Under the pieces are notes generated by a model that had not been told where the DNA came from, did no database searches, and saw only the letters and a list, made by a program, of their open reading frames with translations. Made by a program: the position numbers and the translations under genes. This document shows positions 35,696 to 45,532 of a DNA stretch of 64,000 nt, piece after piece. The stretch covers positions 30-64,029 of the forward strand of contig SVBA01000010.1 of assembly GCA_015059095.1 (NCBI GenBank), given 5' to 3'. How positions within the stretch are numbered: position 1 is the stretch's first letter; each line of letters starts with the position of its first letter. This DNA is from Erysipelotrichaceae bacterium (GTDB lineage Bacteria; Bacillota_I; Bacilli_A; RFN20; CAG-449).

Positions 35696-35725
35696 GTTGG
35701 TGATCGCGCAGAAAAGGAGAAAACA

Positions 35726-37141
35726 ATGAATATTAAAAAATTATTAATTTCAGCTGCTGTTCTTGCTTCATGTGTAAGTTTATCTGCATGTGGTGGAAAT
35801 AGTAGTTCTGAAGGTCCTGCTGGTGGTTCTCAAAATGGTCCAACTACAGCAAGAACAATCAAAGTAGCAGTAGGTAAAGAATCTGCTGAATTCTACACAA
35901 AAGTATTAGCTGACTACGCTGCTAATACACCAGGCTTCATTCACAAAATTGAAGTAGTTGCTGCAGATACAGGTGCTGCTGCTGATAATGTTATTTCTGA
36001 CCCTGAAGCTGCTGCTGATATTTTCACAGTTGCTCACGATAACATTGGTAAATTAATTGAAGCAAACTGTGTATTACCATTAACAAACGAAGCATTAGTT
36101 GCTCAAGTTGAAGGTGATAACCCACAATCATTCTTAGATGTAATTTATTCTAAACTTGATGGTGTTGATTATGTATATGCTGCACCATACATCTCTCAAG
36201 CATTAGTATTAATGTACAATAAATCAAAAGTTACTGCTGAACAAGCAAAAACATTTGAAGGTTTAATGGAAGCTGCTGTTGCTAACAAATCTGAAGCAGT
36301 TTCAGTAACAGGTACAGATGGTTTCAACTTCTCATTTGTTACATTATCTAGAAAAGCTAGCGATGGTTCTACAACTGCTAAGCTTTATAAAGATGGTGTT
36401 AAAAATGATTGTTACTTCCAAGGTGATGACACTGTTGCAGCTGTTAGATGGGCTCAAGATTTCTTCGGCTCAGATAATGGTGGTCACTTCCCATCAAGTG
36501 CTGGTTGGGAATCAGACGCTATGAATAATAAAGTAATCTCTGTTATCGGTGGTGCATGGCAATTCAAAGCATTCGAAGATGCAGTAGGTTCTACAAATGC
36601 TGGTTATACAGTATTACCAACTTTCACAGTTGACGCTGACGATGTTGAAGGTACTTCAATTCCAGAAGGAACTAAATTCCAAGCAGGCTCTTTCGTTGAC
36701 TGTAAATGTTTAATGTTAAACGCTTATTCTGATGAAGATATGTACGATACATATTGCGATATTATCACTTACCTTTCTTCAAAAGATATTCAAAACAAGT
36801 CATTCAAAGAAGCAAACAACTTACCAGCTTACGTTGGTGCTACTGAATACATTGAAACAATTAAAGATACAATTACAGAAAATCAATATCAAGGTGCATG
36901 CGCTCAAAATGGTATGGCTGCTCATGGTATTGCTCAACCATTCGTTAACTCAATTTTAAATACTTACTACTACTCTAAAGGTGCACCAGAAGTATTCTTA
37001 AACATTGTTAATAATACAGATTCAGCATATACAACTTTAGATCAAGTAAGACAAGGCTTATATAGAGTTGAACACATTTGGCAAAAAGGTAAGGAACCAG
37101 CAGCTGCTGATATTCCAGCTTCTTTACCACAAGATATTTAA
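35726..37141 (+). CDS. maltose/maltodextrin-type ABC transporter substrate-binding lipoprotein (MalE/MdxE-like)
   Basis: Lipobox LSAC. Extracellular SBP family-1 architecture, 471 aa. Codon usage is GC-richer (GCT/GGT/ACA-rich) than the surroundings, as in highly expressed genes. Confidence 0.75.
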   Translation: MNIKKLLISAAVLASCVSLSACGGNSSSEGPAGGSQNGPTTARTIKVAVGKESAEFYTKVLADYAANTPGFIHKIEVVAADTGAAADNVISDPEAAADIFTVAHDNIGKLIEANCVLPLTNEALVAQVEGDNPQSFLDVIYSKLDGVDYVYAAPYISQALVLMYNKSKVTAEQAKTFEGLMEAAVANKSEAVSVTGTDGFNFSFVTLSRKASDGSTTAKLYKDGVKNDCYFQGDDTVAAVRWAQDFFGSDNGGHFPSSAGWESDAMNNKVISVIGGAWQFKAFEDAVGSTNAGYTVLPTFTVDADDVEGTSIPEGTKFQAGSFVDCKCLMLNAYSDEDMYDTYCDIITYLSSKDIQNKSFKEANNLPAYVGATEYIETIKDTITENQYQGACAQNGMAAHGIAQPFVNSILNTYYYSKGAPEVFLNIVNNTDSAYTTLDQVRQGLYRVEHIWQKGKEPAAADIPASLPQDI

Positions 37142-37157
37142 TAATAGTAAAACTATA

Positions 37158-37182
37158 AGAGGTGAGGTTTTACTTCACCTCT
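37158..37182 (+). terminator. intercistronic hairpin (partial terminator/attenuator) between the SBP and permease genes
   Basis: AGAGGTGAGG-tttta-CTTCACCTCT 10-bp stem followed by only a weak U-tract (AAATTATTT). Confidence 0.4.
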
Positions 37183-37211
37183 AAATTATTTAAGAAAGGA
37201 GAATAAAATTT

Positions 37212-38666
37212 ATGGCAAATGCTTTATCAAAAAAGCGTTCTTCATTCTTTGAACCAGTTATAAATTTCTTTCAGGGATTTCATAAAAGATTCGTAGATGG
37301 AAGTATTGGTACTAAATTATCACACTTTATTTTAGGTGCAGGTAATTTATATCACAAACAATTTGTTAAAGGCTTTATTTATTTAGCACTTCAAATTGTT
37401 TTTGTTCTATACATGGTTCTTTGTCCAGAAGTTAATGGCACTCCATTCGGTTACAAATCTTTAGGTAATTTAATTACATTAGGTACTGAAGAAGGTGGAA
37501 CTACTATTGTTGGTGGTCGTCCTGTACAAATTCCAACTGATAACTCTGTATTAATGTTATTATTTGGTATTGTTACATTAGGTATTATTGCAGTTTATTT
37601 AATTGCTTGGATTTCTAATATTAAGAGTTCTGCATTAGCAGATTTAGCAATTGAACAAGGTAAAAAACCTTCTACAATTGTTGAAGATATTAAATCATTA
37701 TTAGATGACAGATTCCACGTATTAATGTTAACTCCTACTCTTATTGCTTGTTTGGTTTTCACAATCATTCCTACTATATTCATGATTAGTATGGCATTTA
37801 CTTCTTATAATGAATTAGATATGAAGATTGAAGGAACTAGATTATTCAATTGGAATGGATTTGACAACTTTGTCTATATGTTCTCAGGTGGGAACACATT
37901 AGGTGAAGAAATTAAAAACCGTTTCATTCCTGTTCTTATTTGGACAATGATTTGGGCGGTATTTGCAACATTCACTTGTTACTTTGGCGGTATTATCCTT
38001 GCTATTTTAATTAATAAGAAGGGTGTAAAAGGTAAAAAGATTTTCAGAACAGTATTTATTATGACAATCGCATTACCTACATTTATTTCATTACTTGCTG
38101 TTCGTAACTTATTAAATGCTAATGGTCCAGTTAATGCATGGCTAATGAATATGGGCATTACGGATAAACCAATTTCGTTCTTGCAATTAGAACCATTTGA
38201 TAATAGTCCTATGATTGCTAGAATTATGGTTATTATCATTAACATGTGGGTAGGTATACCTTATACTATGTTAATGACTTCAGGTATTTTAATGAATATT
38301 CCTGAAGATTTATATGAAGCTGCAACTGTTGATGGTGCAAGTAAGATGAAGATGTTCTTCAAGATTACTTTACCATATATTATCTTCGTTACAACTCCAT
38401 ATTTAATCGGTTCATTCGTTGGTAATATTAACTCATTCAATATTATCTTCTTATTAACTGGTGGTGGTCCAGCTATTCCAAACTCTAAGTTCTCAGCTGG
38501 TCAAACTGACTTACTTGTTACTTGGTTATATAAATTAACAATTACTGATAAACAATATAATACAGGTGCAGTTGTTGGTATCTTAACATTTATTATTACA
38601 TCTACATTAACATTATTCACATATCGTAGATCTAAAGCTTACAATGAGGAGGACACTTTCCAATGA
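37212..38666 (+). CDS. carbohydrate ABC transporter permease (MalF-like, long N-terminal region)
   Basis: Eight TM segments. EAA loop (EAATVDGASKMKMFFKITLPYI). Confidence 0.8.
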   Translation: MANALSKKRSSFFEPVINFFQGFHKRFVDGSIGTKLSHFILGAGNLYHKQFVKGFIYLALQIVFVLYMVLCPEVNGTPFGYKSLGNLITLGTEEGGTTIVGGRPVQIPTDNSVLMLLFGIVTLGIIAVYLIAWISNIKSSALADLAIEQGKKPSTIVEDIKSLLDDRFHVLMLTPTLIACLVFTIIPTIFMISMAFTSYNELDMKIEGTRLFNWNGFDNFVYMFSGGNTLGEEIKNRFIPVLIWTMIWAVFATFTCYFGGIILAILINKKGVKGKKIFRTVFIMTIALPTFISLLAVRNLLNANGPVNAWLMNMGITDKPISFLQLEPFDNSPMIARIMVIIINMWVGIPYTMLMTSGILMNIPEDLYEAATVDGASKMKMFFKITLPYIIFVTTPYLIGSFVGNINSFNIIFLLTGGGPAIPNSKFSAGQTDLLVTWLYKLTITDKQYNTGAVVGILTFIITSTLTLFTYRRSKAYNEEDTFQ

Positions 38667-39577
38667 TGACTGAAACTTCAAAAAAGCCTACTCTAGGTTT
38701 AAAAGCTAAAAAAAGAATTGGCGTTATTTCTACATATGTAGTGTTAACTATTCTTTCAATTATTTGGATTATTCCTATTTTATGGATTATCCTTCACTCA
38801 TTTAGAGAAGAATACAATGCTTCTGGTGACTTTGTTGGAATCGTTGTATCTCACTATTTCCCAAAATCATATGGGGTAGAAAATTATAGATTATTATTTA
38901 CTGCTTCATATTATGGTGTTCAAAATGCATTTATTAAATGGTGGACAAATACATTAATCGTCGCAGTATTCTGTTGTCTTATTTCAACTTTCTTAGTATT
39001 ATCTGTTGGTTACTGTATGTCAAAATTACGTTTCAAAATGCGTAAGCCATTCATGAACTTATCAATGGTTCTTGGATTATTCCCAGGATTCATGTCAATG
39101 GTTGCTATTTATTATTTATTGAAAGCAATTGGATTAACACAAAATTTATTTGGTTTAATTTTGGCTTATTCTGCTGGTGCAGGTATGGGATTCCAAGTTC
39201 CAAAAGGATTCTTCGATGTTATCCCATCTTCTCTTGTTGAGTCTGCTAAATTAGATGGTTGTTCTAACTTTAAAATCTTTATTAGAATTATCTTACCATT
39301 ATCAAAACCAATTATTATTTACCAATTATTAATGGCATTTACAGGTCCATGGATGGACTTCATCTTTGCAAAAGTAATTATGGGTGATATGAACCCTGAT
39401 AAATGGACAGTTTCAGTTGGATTATATTCATTACTATTCGGTCCTCAAGCAGATACTTCATTGTTCTCACAATTCGCTGCAGGATGTGTATGCGTTGGTG
39501 TACCTATCGTATTATTATTTATGTTCTTACAAAAATACTATGTCGAAGGTGTTACTGCAGGTGCAGTTAAAGGCTAG
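38663..39577 (+). CDS. carbohydrate ABC transporter permease (MalG-like)
   Basis: Six TM segments. EAA loop (ESAKLDGCSNFKIFIRIILP). Start overlaps the upstream stop. Confidence 0.8.
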   Translation: MMTETSKKPTLGLKAKKRIGVISTYVVLTILSIIWIIPILWIILHSFREEYNASGDFVGIVVSHYFPKSYGVENYRLLFTASYYGVQNAFIKWWTNTLIVAVFCCLISTFLVLSVGYCMSKLRFKMRKPFMNLSMVLGLFPGFMSMVAIYYLLKAIGLTQNLFGLILAYSAGAGMGFQVPKGFFDVIPSSLVESAKLDGCSNFKIFIRIILPLSKPIIIYQLLMAFTGPWMDFIFAKVIMGDMNPDKWTVSVGLYSLLFGPQADTSLFSQFAAGCVCVGVPIVLLFMFLQKYYVEGVTAGAVKG

Positions 39578-39592
39578 AATACAAAAAGATAA

Positions 39593-39628
39593 TAGATTAG
39601 GCATTAATTTGTCTAATCTATTTTTTTA
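39593..39628 (+). terminator. hairpin with T-run after the permease genes
   Basis: TAGATTAG-gcattaatttgt-CTAATCTA followed by TTTTTTT. Confidence 0.6.
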
Positions 39629-39643
39629 AAAAAGGAGAGAGTT

Positions 39644-41236
39644 ATGAAAACAAAATTATTAACTATATCACTTATTGGATTATTAATATTAGGTTTATCT
39701 TCTTGTAAAAAAGAAAAATTAGAAGGAACTCCATTAGAAAGCAATAAGATTAGTGATAATTATCGTTCTTTCTATGAAATCTTTGTTGGAGGTTTTTCAG
39801 ATAGTAATAATGACGGTATGGGCGATTTAAAGGGGATTACAAAGAGATTTGATTATCTTAACGATGGCAAACCAAATAGTGGAGAATCGCTCGGTATTGA
39901 TGGAATTTGGCTAATGCCAATTATGCCTTCGCCTTCTTATCATAAATATGATGCTACTGATTATAAAGAGATTGATCCAAAATATGGCACAATGCAAGAT
40001 TTTGAAGAATTATCAAGAATTTGTGATGAAAGAGATGTTAAATTAATTATTGATTTAGTATTGAATCATACATCAAATAAACATCCTTGGTTTAAAGCGT
40101 GCACTGAAGCTTATATTAAAGGCGATTTAAATAATAAATATGCAAAATATTATACTGTAGTAACAGAAGAAGAAAAATCTGAATCTTTAAGTACGTATTA
40201 TCGAATAGGTAATACTAATTACTACTATGAAGGTAACTTTTCACCAGTAATGCCAGAGTTAAATTATGATAATGATGAAGTAAAACAAGAAATCATAGAT
40301 ATTATTAATTTCTGGGTAGGTAAGGGCGTAGATGGATTTAGATTAGACGCTGTTAAATACATTTATAATAATGATGATAGAAAGACTATCGATTTCTTAA
40401 AATGGTTTGATAGTGAATGTAAAAAAGCTAAAGAAGATATGTATTTAGTTGGTGAGGACTGGTCGCCAGATTATCATATTCAAGATTATTATGAGGCTAT
40501 CAACTGTTTTGATTTTTCTTTCGCTCAAGCTGGAGGCCAAATTGGTCAAGTAGTAAATGGAACTAGTAGTGTTAGCGATTTTACTAATTATACAGAAGAA
40601 TACTATAATAAAGTAAAAGCAAAGAATAAAGATGCAATACTTCACCCATTCTTATCAAATCACGATATGGATAGAATTGGTGGATCTATGACTATAAAAA
40701 CCGGAAAAGCATTTATTGCAAGTAATATTTATATGCTAAGTTCAGGTAATCCATATATTTATTATGGTGAAGAAATTTGTATGAAAGGATCAAGAGGTAG
40801 TGCTAATACAGATGCAAATAGACGTTTGGCAATGCTTTGGGGGGATGAAGATACAGTTTCTGACCCTGAAGGTAGTACATATGATAAAGAACTTCAAGTA
40901 AATGGTACTGTAGTTTCTCATTTAAATGATGAAAATAGTTTATTAAATCACTATAAAAAATTAATTCAAATTAGGAATGCTTATCCAGAAATTGCTAGAG
41001 GTGAATATCATTCTATTGAAACAGATAATCATTACTTCGGTGGATTCTATGCGTCTTATAATGATAGTATTGTAGGAGTTTTCCATAATACTTCGAAAGA
41101 TGAAATTAGTATAGACTTATCTAAGTATACTAATATTGATTTTAAAGATTTAAAAGTATCAGTTGGTTTAAGTGATGCAACATATAAAAATAATGTATTA
41201 ACTATTGGAGGATATACTTCGGTAGTTATGAAATAA
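39644..41236 (+). CDS. GH13 alpha-amylase-family lipoprotein (neopullulanase/cyclomaltodextrinase/alpha-glucosidase-like)
   Basis: Lipobox LSSC. GH13 regions I (DLVLNHTS), II (GFRLDAVKYI), III (LVGEDW), IV (FLSNHDMDR). Confidence 0.85.
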   Translation: MKTKLLTISLIGLLILGLSSCKKEKLEGTPLESNKISDNYRSFYEIFVGGFSDSNNDGMGDLKGITKRFDYLNDGKPNSGESLGIDGIWLMPIMPSPSYHKYDATDYKEIDPKYGTMQDFEELSRICDERDVKLIIDLVLNHTSNKHPWFKACTEAYIKGDLNNKYAKYYTVVTEEEKSESLSTYYRIGNTNYYYEGNFSPVMPELNYDNDEVKQEIIDIINFWVGKGVDGFRLDAVKYIYNNDDRKTIDFLKWFDSECKKAKEDMYLVGEDWSPDYHIQDYYEAINCFDFSFAQAGGQIGQVVNGTSSVSDFTNYTEEYYNKVKAKNKDAILHPFLSNHDMDRIGGSMTIKTGKAFIASNIYMLSSGNPYIYYGEEICMKGSRGSANTDANRRLAMLWGDEDTVSDPEGSTYDKELQVNGTVVSHLNDENSLLNHYKKLIQIRNAYPEIARGEYHSIETDNHYFGGFYASYNDSIVGVFHNTSKDEISIDLSKYTNIDFKDLKVSVGLSDATYKNNVLTIGGYTSVVMK

Positions 41237-41242
41237 TTAACT

Positions 41243-41275
41243 AAAGGTTCTATTTTTATAGGACCTTTTATTTAA
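41243..41275 (+). terminator. rho-independent terminator after the GH13 gene
   Basis: AAAGGTTCTA-ttttta-TAGGACCTTT followed by TATTT. Confidence 0.55.
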
Positions 41276-41323
41276 TAAATAAAAGAATAATATAAAAATT
41301 AGTAATAATTGCGTGAAATAATG

Positions 41324-41353
41324 TTGACAAAATGACACGGAGGAGGGTATAAT
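41324..41353 (+). promoter_or_regulatory. near-consensus sigma-A promoter for the 41471 lipoprotein gene
   Basis: TTGACA (41324-41329), 18-bp spacer, TATAAT (41348-41353). A leader of about 115 nt contains a TCGCTT...AAGCGA stem-loop. Confidence 0.6.
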
Positions 41354-41470
41354 TTTTTTGTGTTATGAAATCGCTTTCTTTTTTATTGAGTAAGCGACTG
41401 ATTATTGTTACTTCGGCTAATTAATAATCGATAACCAGTTCATAAAATTTTGATAATAGGAGGATTTAAT

Positions 41471-42580
41471 ATGAACAAAAAATTATTGATAGGCTTATTA
41501 GCAGCTGTTTCAGTTGTTGGCCTAGTTGCTTGTGGCGGTAACTCAATTAGCGAACAACCTTCTTCTGGAAATCCAAGTAGTGAAGTCTCTGAAGACCCAA
41601 ACGATAAAGTTTTAGAAGATACATTACATCATTCATGGGTAATTCAAGGACAACATGAAATTAAAGATCCTGAAACAGGTGAATGGATTCAAAATGGCTG
41701 GAATGGTAAATCAGATGATTTATATGCTAAGAGTGCATTAACAGCTACTTCAATTAATGCAGTTAAAGAATTAGATGCTGATTTAGGTGCTGCATTAGCA
41801 AGCAAAAATGTTCAATACTTATACACTGGCGAAGTTCGTTTTGGTGTAATTGATGCAGGTTGGACATATAAATGCATTAAAGAAGATGGTAAAGTTTATG
41901 TTCGTAATGGTTCTTACGTATTCAAAGTATGTCCACTTACTTACGTAGAAGAAGACCAAGTCTTTGCAGAAGATGGTTGGTTACCAGATCCACATAAAGC
42001 ACACGTTGAATCATTAACTCCATCTACAGTTTGGTATCCAAAATGGCAAGAAGCTGCTGATGAAAATGGATTCTCATGGGCTAACGATGGTGGTTGTATT
42101 GCTCAAGCTGGTGTTTATACATTAGTAATCGCTAAATATAAAGAAGTTTCTGCTGCTGATGTTCCAGGTTATGGTGTTGCATTAGTATTAAAAGAAGCTG
42201 GTACAGCTGCAACTGAAGACGTTGAATACGTTCCACCAGTTGAAAACTCATTCGGCGTTGTTGGTACAATCAATAGCTGGGGTGGTACAGCTGATACAGT
42301 ATTAGTAAAAGCTGGTGAAGGTAAATTCGAAGCTACAGTTGAATTACCAGCTGGTGCTGAAATTAAAGTAAGAGCTAACAACGCTTGGGATGGCGATGCT
42401 GGTTTCGCTGCTTTAGAAGCAAATGAAAACTTTGAAGATAAAGGTGGAAACATTGGTTGTAAAGTTGCTGGTACTTATAAAATTACTTTAGAAGTTACTG
42501 AAACTCCATCTGAAACTGCAGGTGTTGCTCCAACAATCGATTGGTCAACAGCTAAAATTACAATTACTGCTGCTGCATAA
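41471..42580 (+). CDS. surface lipoprotein with a SusE/SusF-like C-terminal starch-binding domain
   Basis: Lipobox LVAC (SD TAGGAGGA before ATG 41471). The C-terminal FGVVGTINSWGGTADTVLVKAGEGKFEATVELPAGAEIKVRANNAWDGDAGF carries the KxRANNAWD motif of SusE/F-type starch-binding modules. GC-richer codon usage. Confidence 0.55.
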   Translation: MNKKLLIGLLAAVSVVGLVACGGNSISEQPSSGNPSSEVSEDPNDKVLEDTLHHSWVIQGQHEIKDPETGEWIQNGWNGKSDDLYAKSALTATSINAVKELDADLGAALASKNVQYLYTGEVRFGVIDAGWTYKCIKEDGKVYVRNGSYVFKVCPLTYVEEDQVFAEDGWLPDPHKAHVESLTPSTVWYPKWQEAADENGFSWANDGGCIAQAGVYTLVIAKYKEVSAADVPGYGVALVLKEAGTAATEDVEYVPPVENSFGVVGTINSWGGTADTVLVKAGEGKFEATVELPAGAEIKVRANNAWDGDAGFAALEANENFEDKGGNIGCKVAGTYKITLEVTETPSETAGVAPTIDWSTAKITITAAA

Positions 42581-42603
42581 TCGTAATTGACTATGTTTAA
42601 TAA

Positions 42604-42632
42604 AACGTCACTTCGGTGGCGTTTTTCTTTTG
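42604..42632 (+). terminator. rho-independent terminator after the 41471 gene
   Basis: ACGTCAC-ttcg-GTGGCGT (one G.U pair) followed by TTTTCTTTTG. Confidence 0.7.
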
Positions 42633-42701
42633 TATTAAAAATATTTCATTTTTTACATAAAAGTTATATAATTTAGTAAATAGTAATAGTGAGGTAAGAT
42701 T

Positions 42702-43913
42702 ATGAAGTTAGATCCAATTATTATTAGTTTATTAGATACTGATTTTTATAAATTTAATATGAATCAAGTTATTTTCCATAAGCATACTGATGCTAATGGT
42801 GAATATTATTTTAAATGTAGAAACGAGAAGATCGTATTTACAGATGAAATGGTTGAAGAAATTAACGCTCAAATTGATCATTTATGTACATTAAGATTTC
42901 AAAAAGATGAATTAGATTATCTTAGAAGTATTCGTTTTATTAAAAATGACTATGTTGAGTTTTTAAAATTGTGGCATCCTTTAAGGGAATACGTTGAAGT
43001 TAATAAATTAGATAATGGTGAATTATCAATTGTTGTTAAAGGACCATGTTTTTCTGCGATGCAATTTGAAATATATCTTTTAGAAATCGTAAATGAAGTA
43101 TATTTTAGAATGCAATATAATTATGAAGAATTAGTAGAATCTGCTAAAGTTAGATTAGAAGAAAAAATTAGAAAATTAAATGATGGCACATATACCTTTA
43201 AATTCGCTGAATTTGGTTGTAGAAGAAGACTCTCTAGAGAATGGCAAGATTATATGGTAAAAGAATTTGTTACAAGAACAAATGCATGTGTAGGTACTTC
43301 TAATGTATATTTAGCAAAAAAATATGGTATCACACCAATTGGTACATTTGCCCATGAATTTGTTCAAATGTATCAAGGATTTCCAAATATTCCTTTAGCA
43401 TATACTAATAGACATGCTTTAAAAGACTGGTTTGCAGAATATCATGGAGATAATGGTACTGCATTAACTGATACATTAACTACTGATTTATTCTTATTAG
43501 ACTTTGATTATTTAGAATCTTCAGTTTATTCTGGGGTAAGACATGATTCAGGTGATCCTTATATTTGGGGAGACAAGATGATTGAACATTATAAAAAATT
43601 TAATATTGATAGTAAAACTAAAACATTATTGTTCTCTGATAGTCTTAATTTTGACAAAGCTCAATCATTATATGATTATTTTAAAGATAGAGTTAAAGTA
43701 GCATTTGGTATAGGTACTTTCCTTTCAAATGATACTAAATTTGGCTCATTAAATATCGTCATTAAATTACAAAGAGTAAATGGAAGACCAGTAGCAAAAT
43801 TATCTGATGATGTTGGTAAAACAATGTGTTTAGATGAAAACTATTTTGAATATTTAAAAAGAGCAGTTTCTTATCGTATTGAAGAAGAAAAAAAGCTTAA
43901 TTCCTCTAAATAA
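42702..43913 (+). CDS. pncB: nicotinate phosphoribosyltransferase
   Basis: IISLLDTDFYKFNMNQVIFHKH...FGCRRR...GTFAHEF...GVRHDSGDP...TLLFSDSLNF...FGIGT is colinear with E. coli PncB. Confidence 0.9.
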   Translation: MKLDPIIISLLDTDFYKFNMNQVIFHKHTDANGEYYFKCRNEKIVFTDEMVEEINAQIDHLCTLRFQKDELDYLRSIRFIKNDYVEFLKLWHPLREYVEVNKLDNGELSIVVKGPCFSAMQFEIYLLEIVNEVYFRMQYNYEELVESAKVRLEEKIRKLNDGTYTFKFAEFGCRRRLSREWQDYMVKEFVTRTNACVGTSNVYLAKKYGITPIGTFAHEFVQMYQGFPNIPLAYTNRHALKDWFAEYHGDNGTALTDTLTTDLFLLDFDYLESSVYSGVRHDSGDPYIWGDKMIEHYKKFNIDSKTKTLLFSDSLNFDKAQSLYDYFKDRVKVAFGIGTFLSNDTKFGSLNIVIKLQRVNGRPVAKLSDDVGKTMCLDENYFEYLKRAVSYRIEEEKKLNSSK

Positions 43914-43934
43914 GGGATTAAGCCTTTTTTTATT
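43895..43934. terminator. bidirectional terminator (pncB on + / permease gene on -)
   Basis: GCTTAATTCC-tctaaataa-GGGATTAAGC with the pncB stop codon in the loop. T-runs follow on both strands. Confidence 0.6.
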
Positions 43935-44823
43935 TTAATAATAAATTTTCAATAATTAATCCTAAATACCCACTTATTAATGATGTTAAAAGTAGTATTC
44001 CAATTATTAATAAAGTTTGTTTAATATTCTTTTTACTTTTTAATAAGAATGCTAATCCAAGGCCAGCATTAGTAATTAGACCTGCTAGACAAGAACTAAA
44101 ACCAATTGAACCCTGAATATATAGATTAGTAATAATAACACTAGAAGCACAATTTGGAATTAGTCCAATTAAGGAAGCGATTAGTGGTGTTAATAATTCG
44201 AATTTGATTAAGAAGTTAGAAATTGTATCTTCACCAACAAAATGAACTATAGTTCCAAAAAGAAGATTGATAATAAATACATAAATAAATATTTTAAATG
44301 AATGGAGAATAGGGTGAATAATGTGATCTTTAATGAAAACTTTATTTTTATCTCCATGTTCTTCAATTGTATGAGAGCAACATCCTTTATGAATTACTTC
44401 TTCATTATTAATTAACGCATCGTCAAATGATTGAGGTTTATTTATTTTATCAATAATAAAATCTACTATAGTTCCAACGATAAAGCCGATAATTAATTTT
44501 GATAATATTAATGGAAAAATCATAAAGAATTTACTATCAGAAGATAACATTATTGATAATGCTTCATCTGATGTGGCGATAAATACTGCGATCAATGTCC
44601 CCATCGTAATCTTTTTCTTTTGATACATATCACTTGCAACAATAGAAAATCCACATTGTGGAATAATACCGATTCCTGCACCTAAAAGGGAAGAAAATTT
44701 TGATTGTTTATTTATTCTATTTGCAAGTTTTCCTTCAAAGAAAGAAATGATAATGTTCAATATGATTACAACGATTAAAACTCTGATACTATCTTTAATT
44801 GAATGTTCAAGTACATGTAACAT
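43930..44823 (-). CDS. predicted permease with internal two-fold repeat (DUF318/ArsP-like) and a central HKGCCSH cysteine cluster
   Basis: Repeated GIIPQCGFSIV / GLIPNCASSVI P-x-C-x-x-S motifs in the two halves. About 8 TM segments. Strong SD AAAGGAGTGA before the ATG at 44823. The ORF-track extension to 44937 lacks an SD. Confidence 0.45.
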   Translation of the reverse strand: MLHVLEHSIKDSIRVLIVVIILNIIISFFEGKLANRINKQSKFSSLLGAGIGIIPQCGFSIVASDMYQKKKITMGTLIAVFIATSDEALSIMLSSDSKFFMIFPLILSKLIIGFIVGTIVDFIIDKINKPQSFDDALINNEEVIHKGCCSHTIEEHGDKNKVFIKDHIIHPILHSFKIFIYVFIINLLFGTIVHFVGEDTISNFLIKFELLTPLIASLIGLIPNCASSVIITNLYIQGSIGFSSCLAGLITNAGLGLAFLLKSKKNIKQTLLIIGILLLTSLISGYLGLIIENLLLK

Positions 44824-45010
44824 AATATCACTCCTTTCATTAAGCGTAGTAATTATAATTAAATTACTCTTATTATTCAATAAAAGTGAAAAAATAATCA
44901 AAAAAAGGTAAAAAAAATAGACCCTATAGGTCATCATCTATTTCCACATCAATTTCTTGATGATATATCTGTATGTAATCCGAACCCGAAGGTTCGACGA
45001 CTTCTTAAGA

Positions 45011-45084
45011 ATGGAGCGAGTGACGGGAATCGAACCCGCATATCAACCTTGGCAAGGTCGTGTTCTACCACTGAACTACACTCG
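45011..45084 (-). tRNA. tRNA-Gly (anticodon GCC), CCA encoded
   Basis: The reverse complement folds as a cloverleaf. Acceptor stem GCGAGTG/CACTCGC, D-arm GTTC-AGTGGTA-GAAC, anticodon loop TTGCCAA, T-arm GCGGG-TTCGATT-CCCGT, discriminator T, then CCA. Confidence 0.9.
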
Positions 45085-45201
45085 CATATTCGTCATAAGC
45101 AAGTATTATTATATAGGGTATTAAATATTATTGCAAGAACTTTTTTCATTTTTTTAAAAAAATTTTTAATAAAAAAATAATCTATTATCAAAGATAATAG
45201 A

Positions 45202-45513
45202 TTAAATATTCTTTTTAATAAAATTAATAATAGATGGTTTTGGTAAAAAGCCGATGTTATGTGCCGAAACTTCGCCGTTGATTAGCAAATACATTGTTGG
45301 AATAGCACTAACTCCATATTCACTAGCAAGTTCATGAAATGAGTCAACATTAACTTTTAAAATTTGTACTTCAGGCATTTCTTCTGAAACTGCTTCAAGT
45401 TGAGGCGCTAACATTTTACATGGACCACACCATGGAGCCCAGAAGTCAATTAGTACAACACCCTTTTTTTTGAGTTCATTGAATTGTTCAATTGTTTCAA
45501 TATTAATAATCAT
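45202..45513 (-). CDS. trxA: thioredoxin
   Basis: VLIDFWAPWCGPCKMLAP...IPTMYLLINGEV is canonical TrxA. SD AAAGGAGGT before the MIINIE start. The ORF-track extension to 45543 is spurious. Confidence 0.9.
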   Translation of the reverse strand: MIINIETIEQFNELKKKGVVLIDFWAPWCGPCKMLAPQLEAVSEEMPEVQILKVNVDSFHELASEYGVSAIPTMYLLINGEVSAHNIGFLPKPSIINFIKKNI

Positions 45514-45532
45514 AAATTTACCTCCTTTCATA

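Noticed and set aside
43930-45202. Integrated mobile element at tRNA-Gly
   Set aside because: Only a 12-nt T-arm-like duplicate is present. There is no integrase, recombinase, phage or conjugation gene on either side; pncB and a permease lie on one side and trxA on the other.
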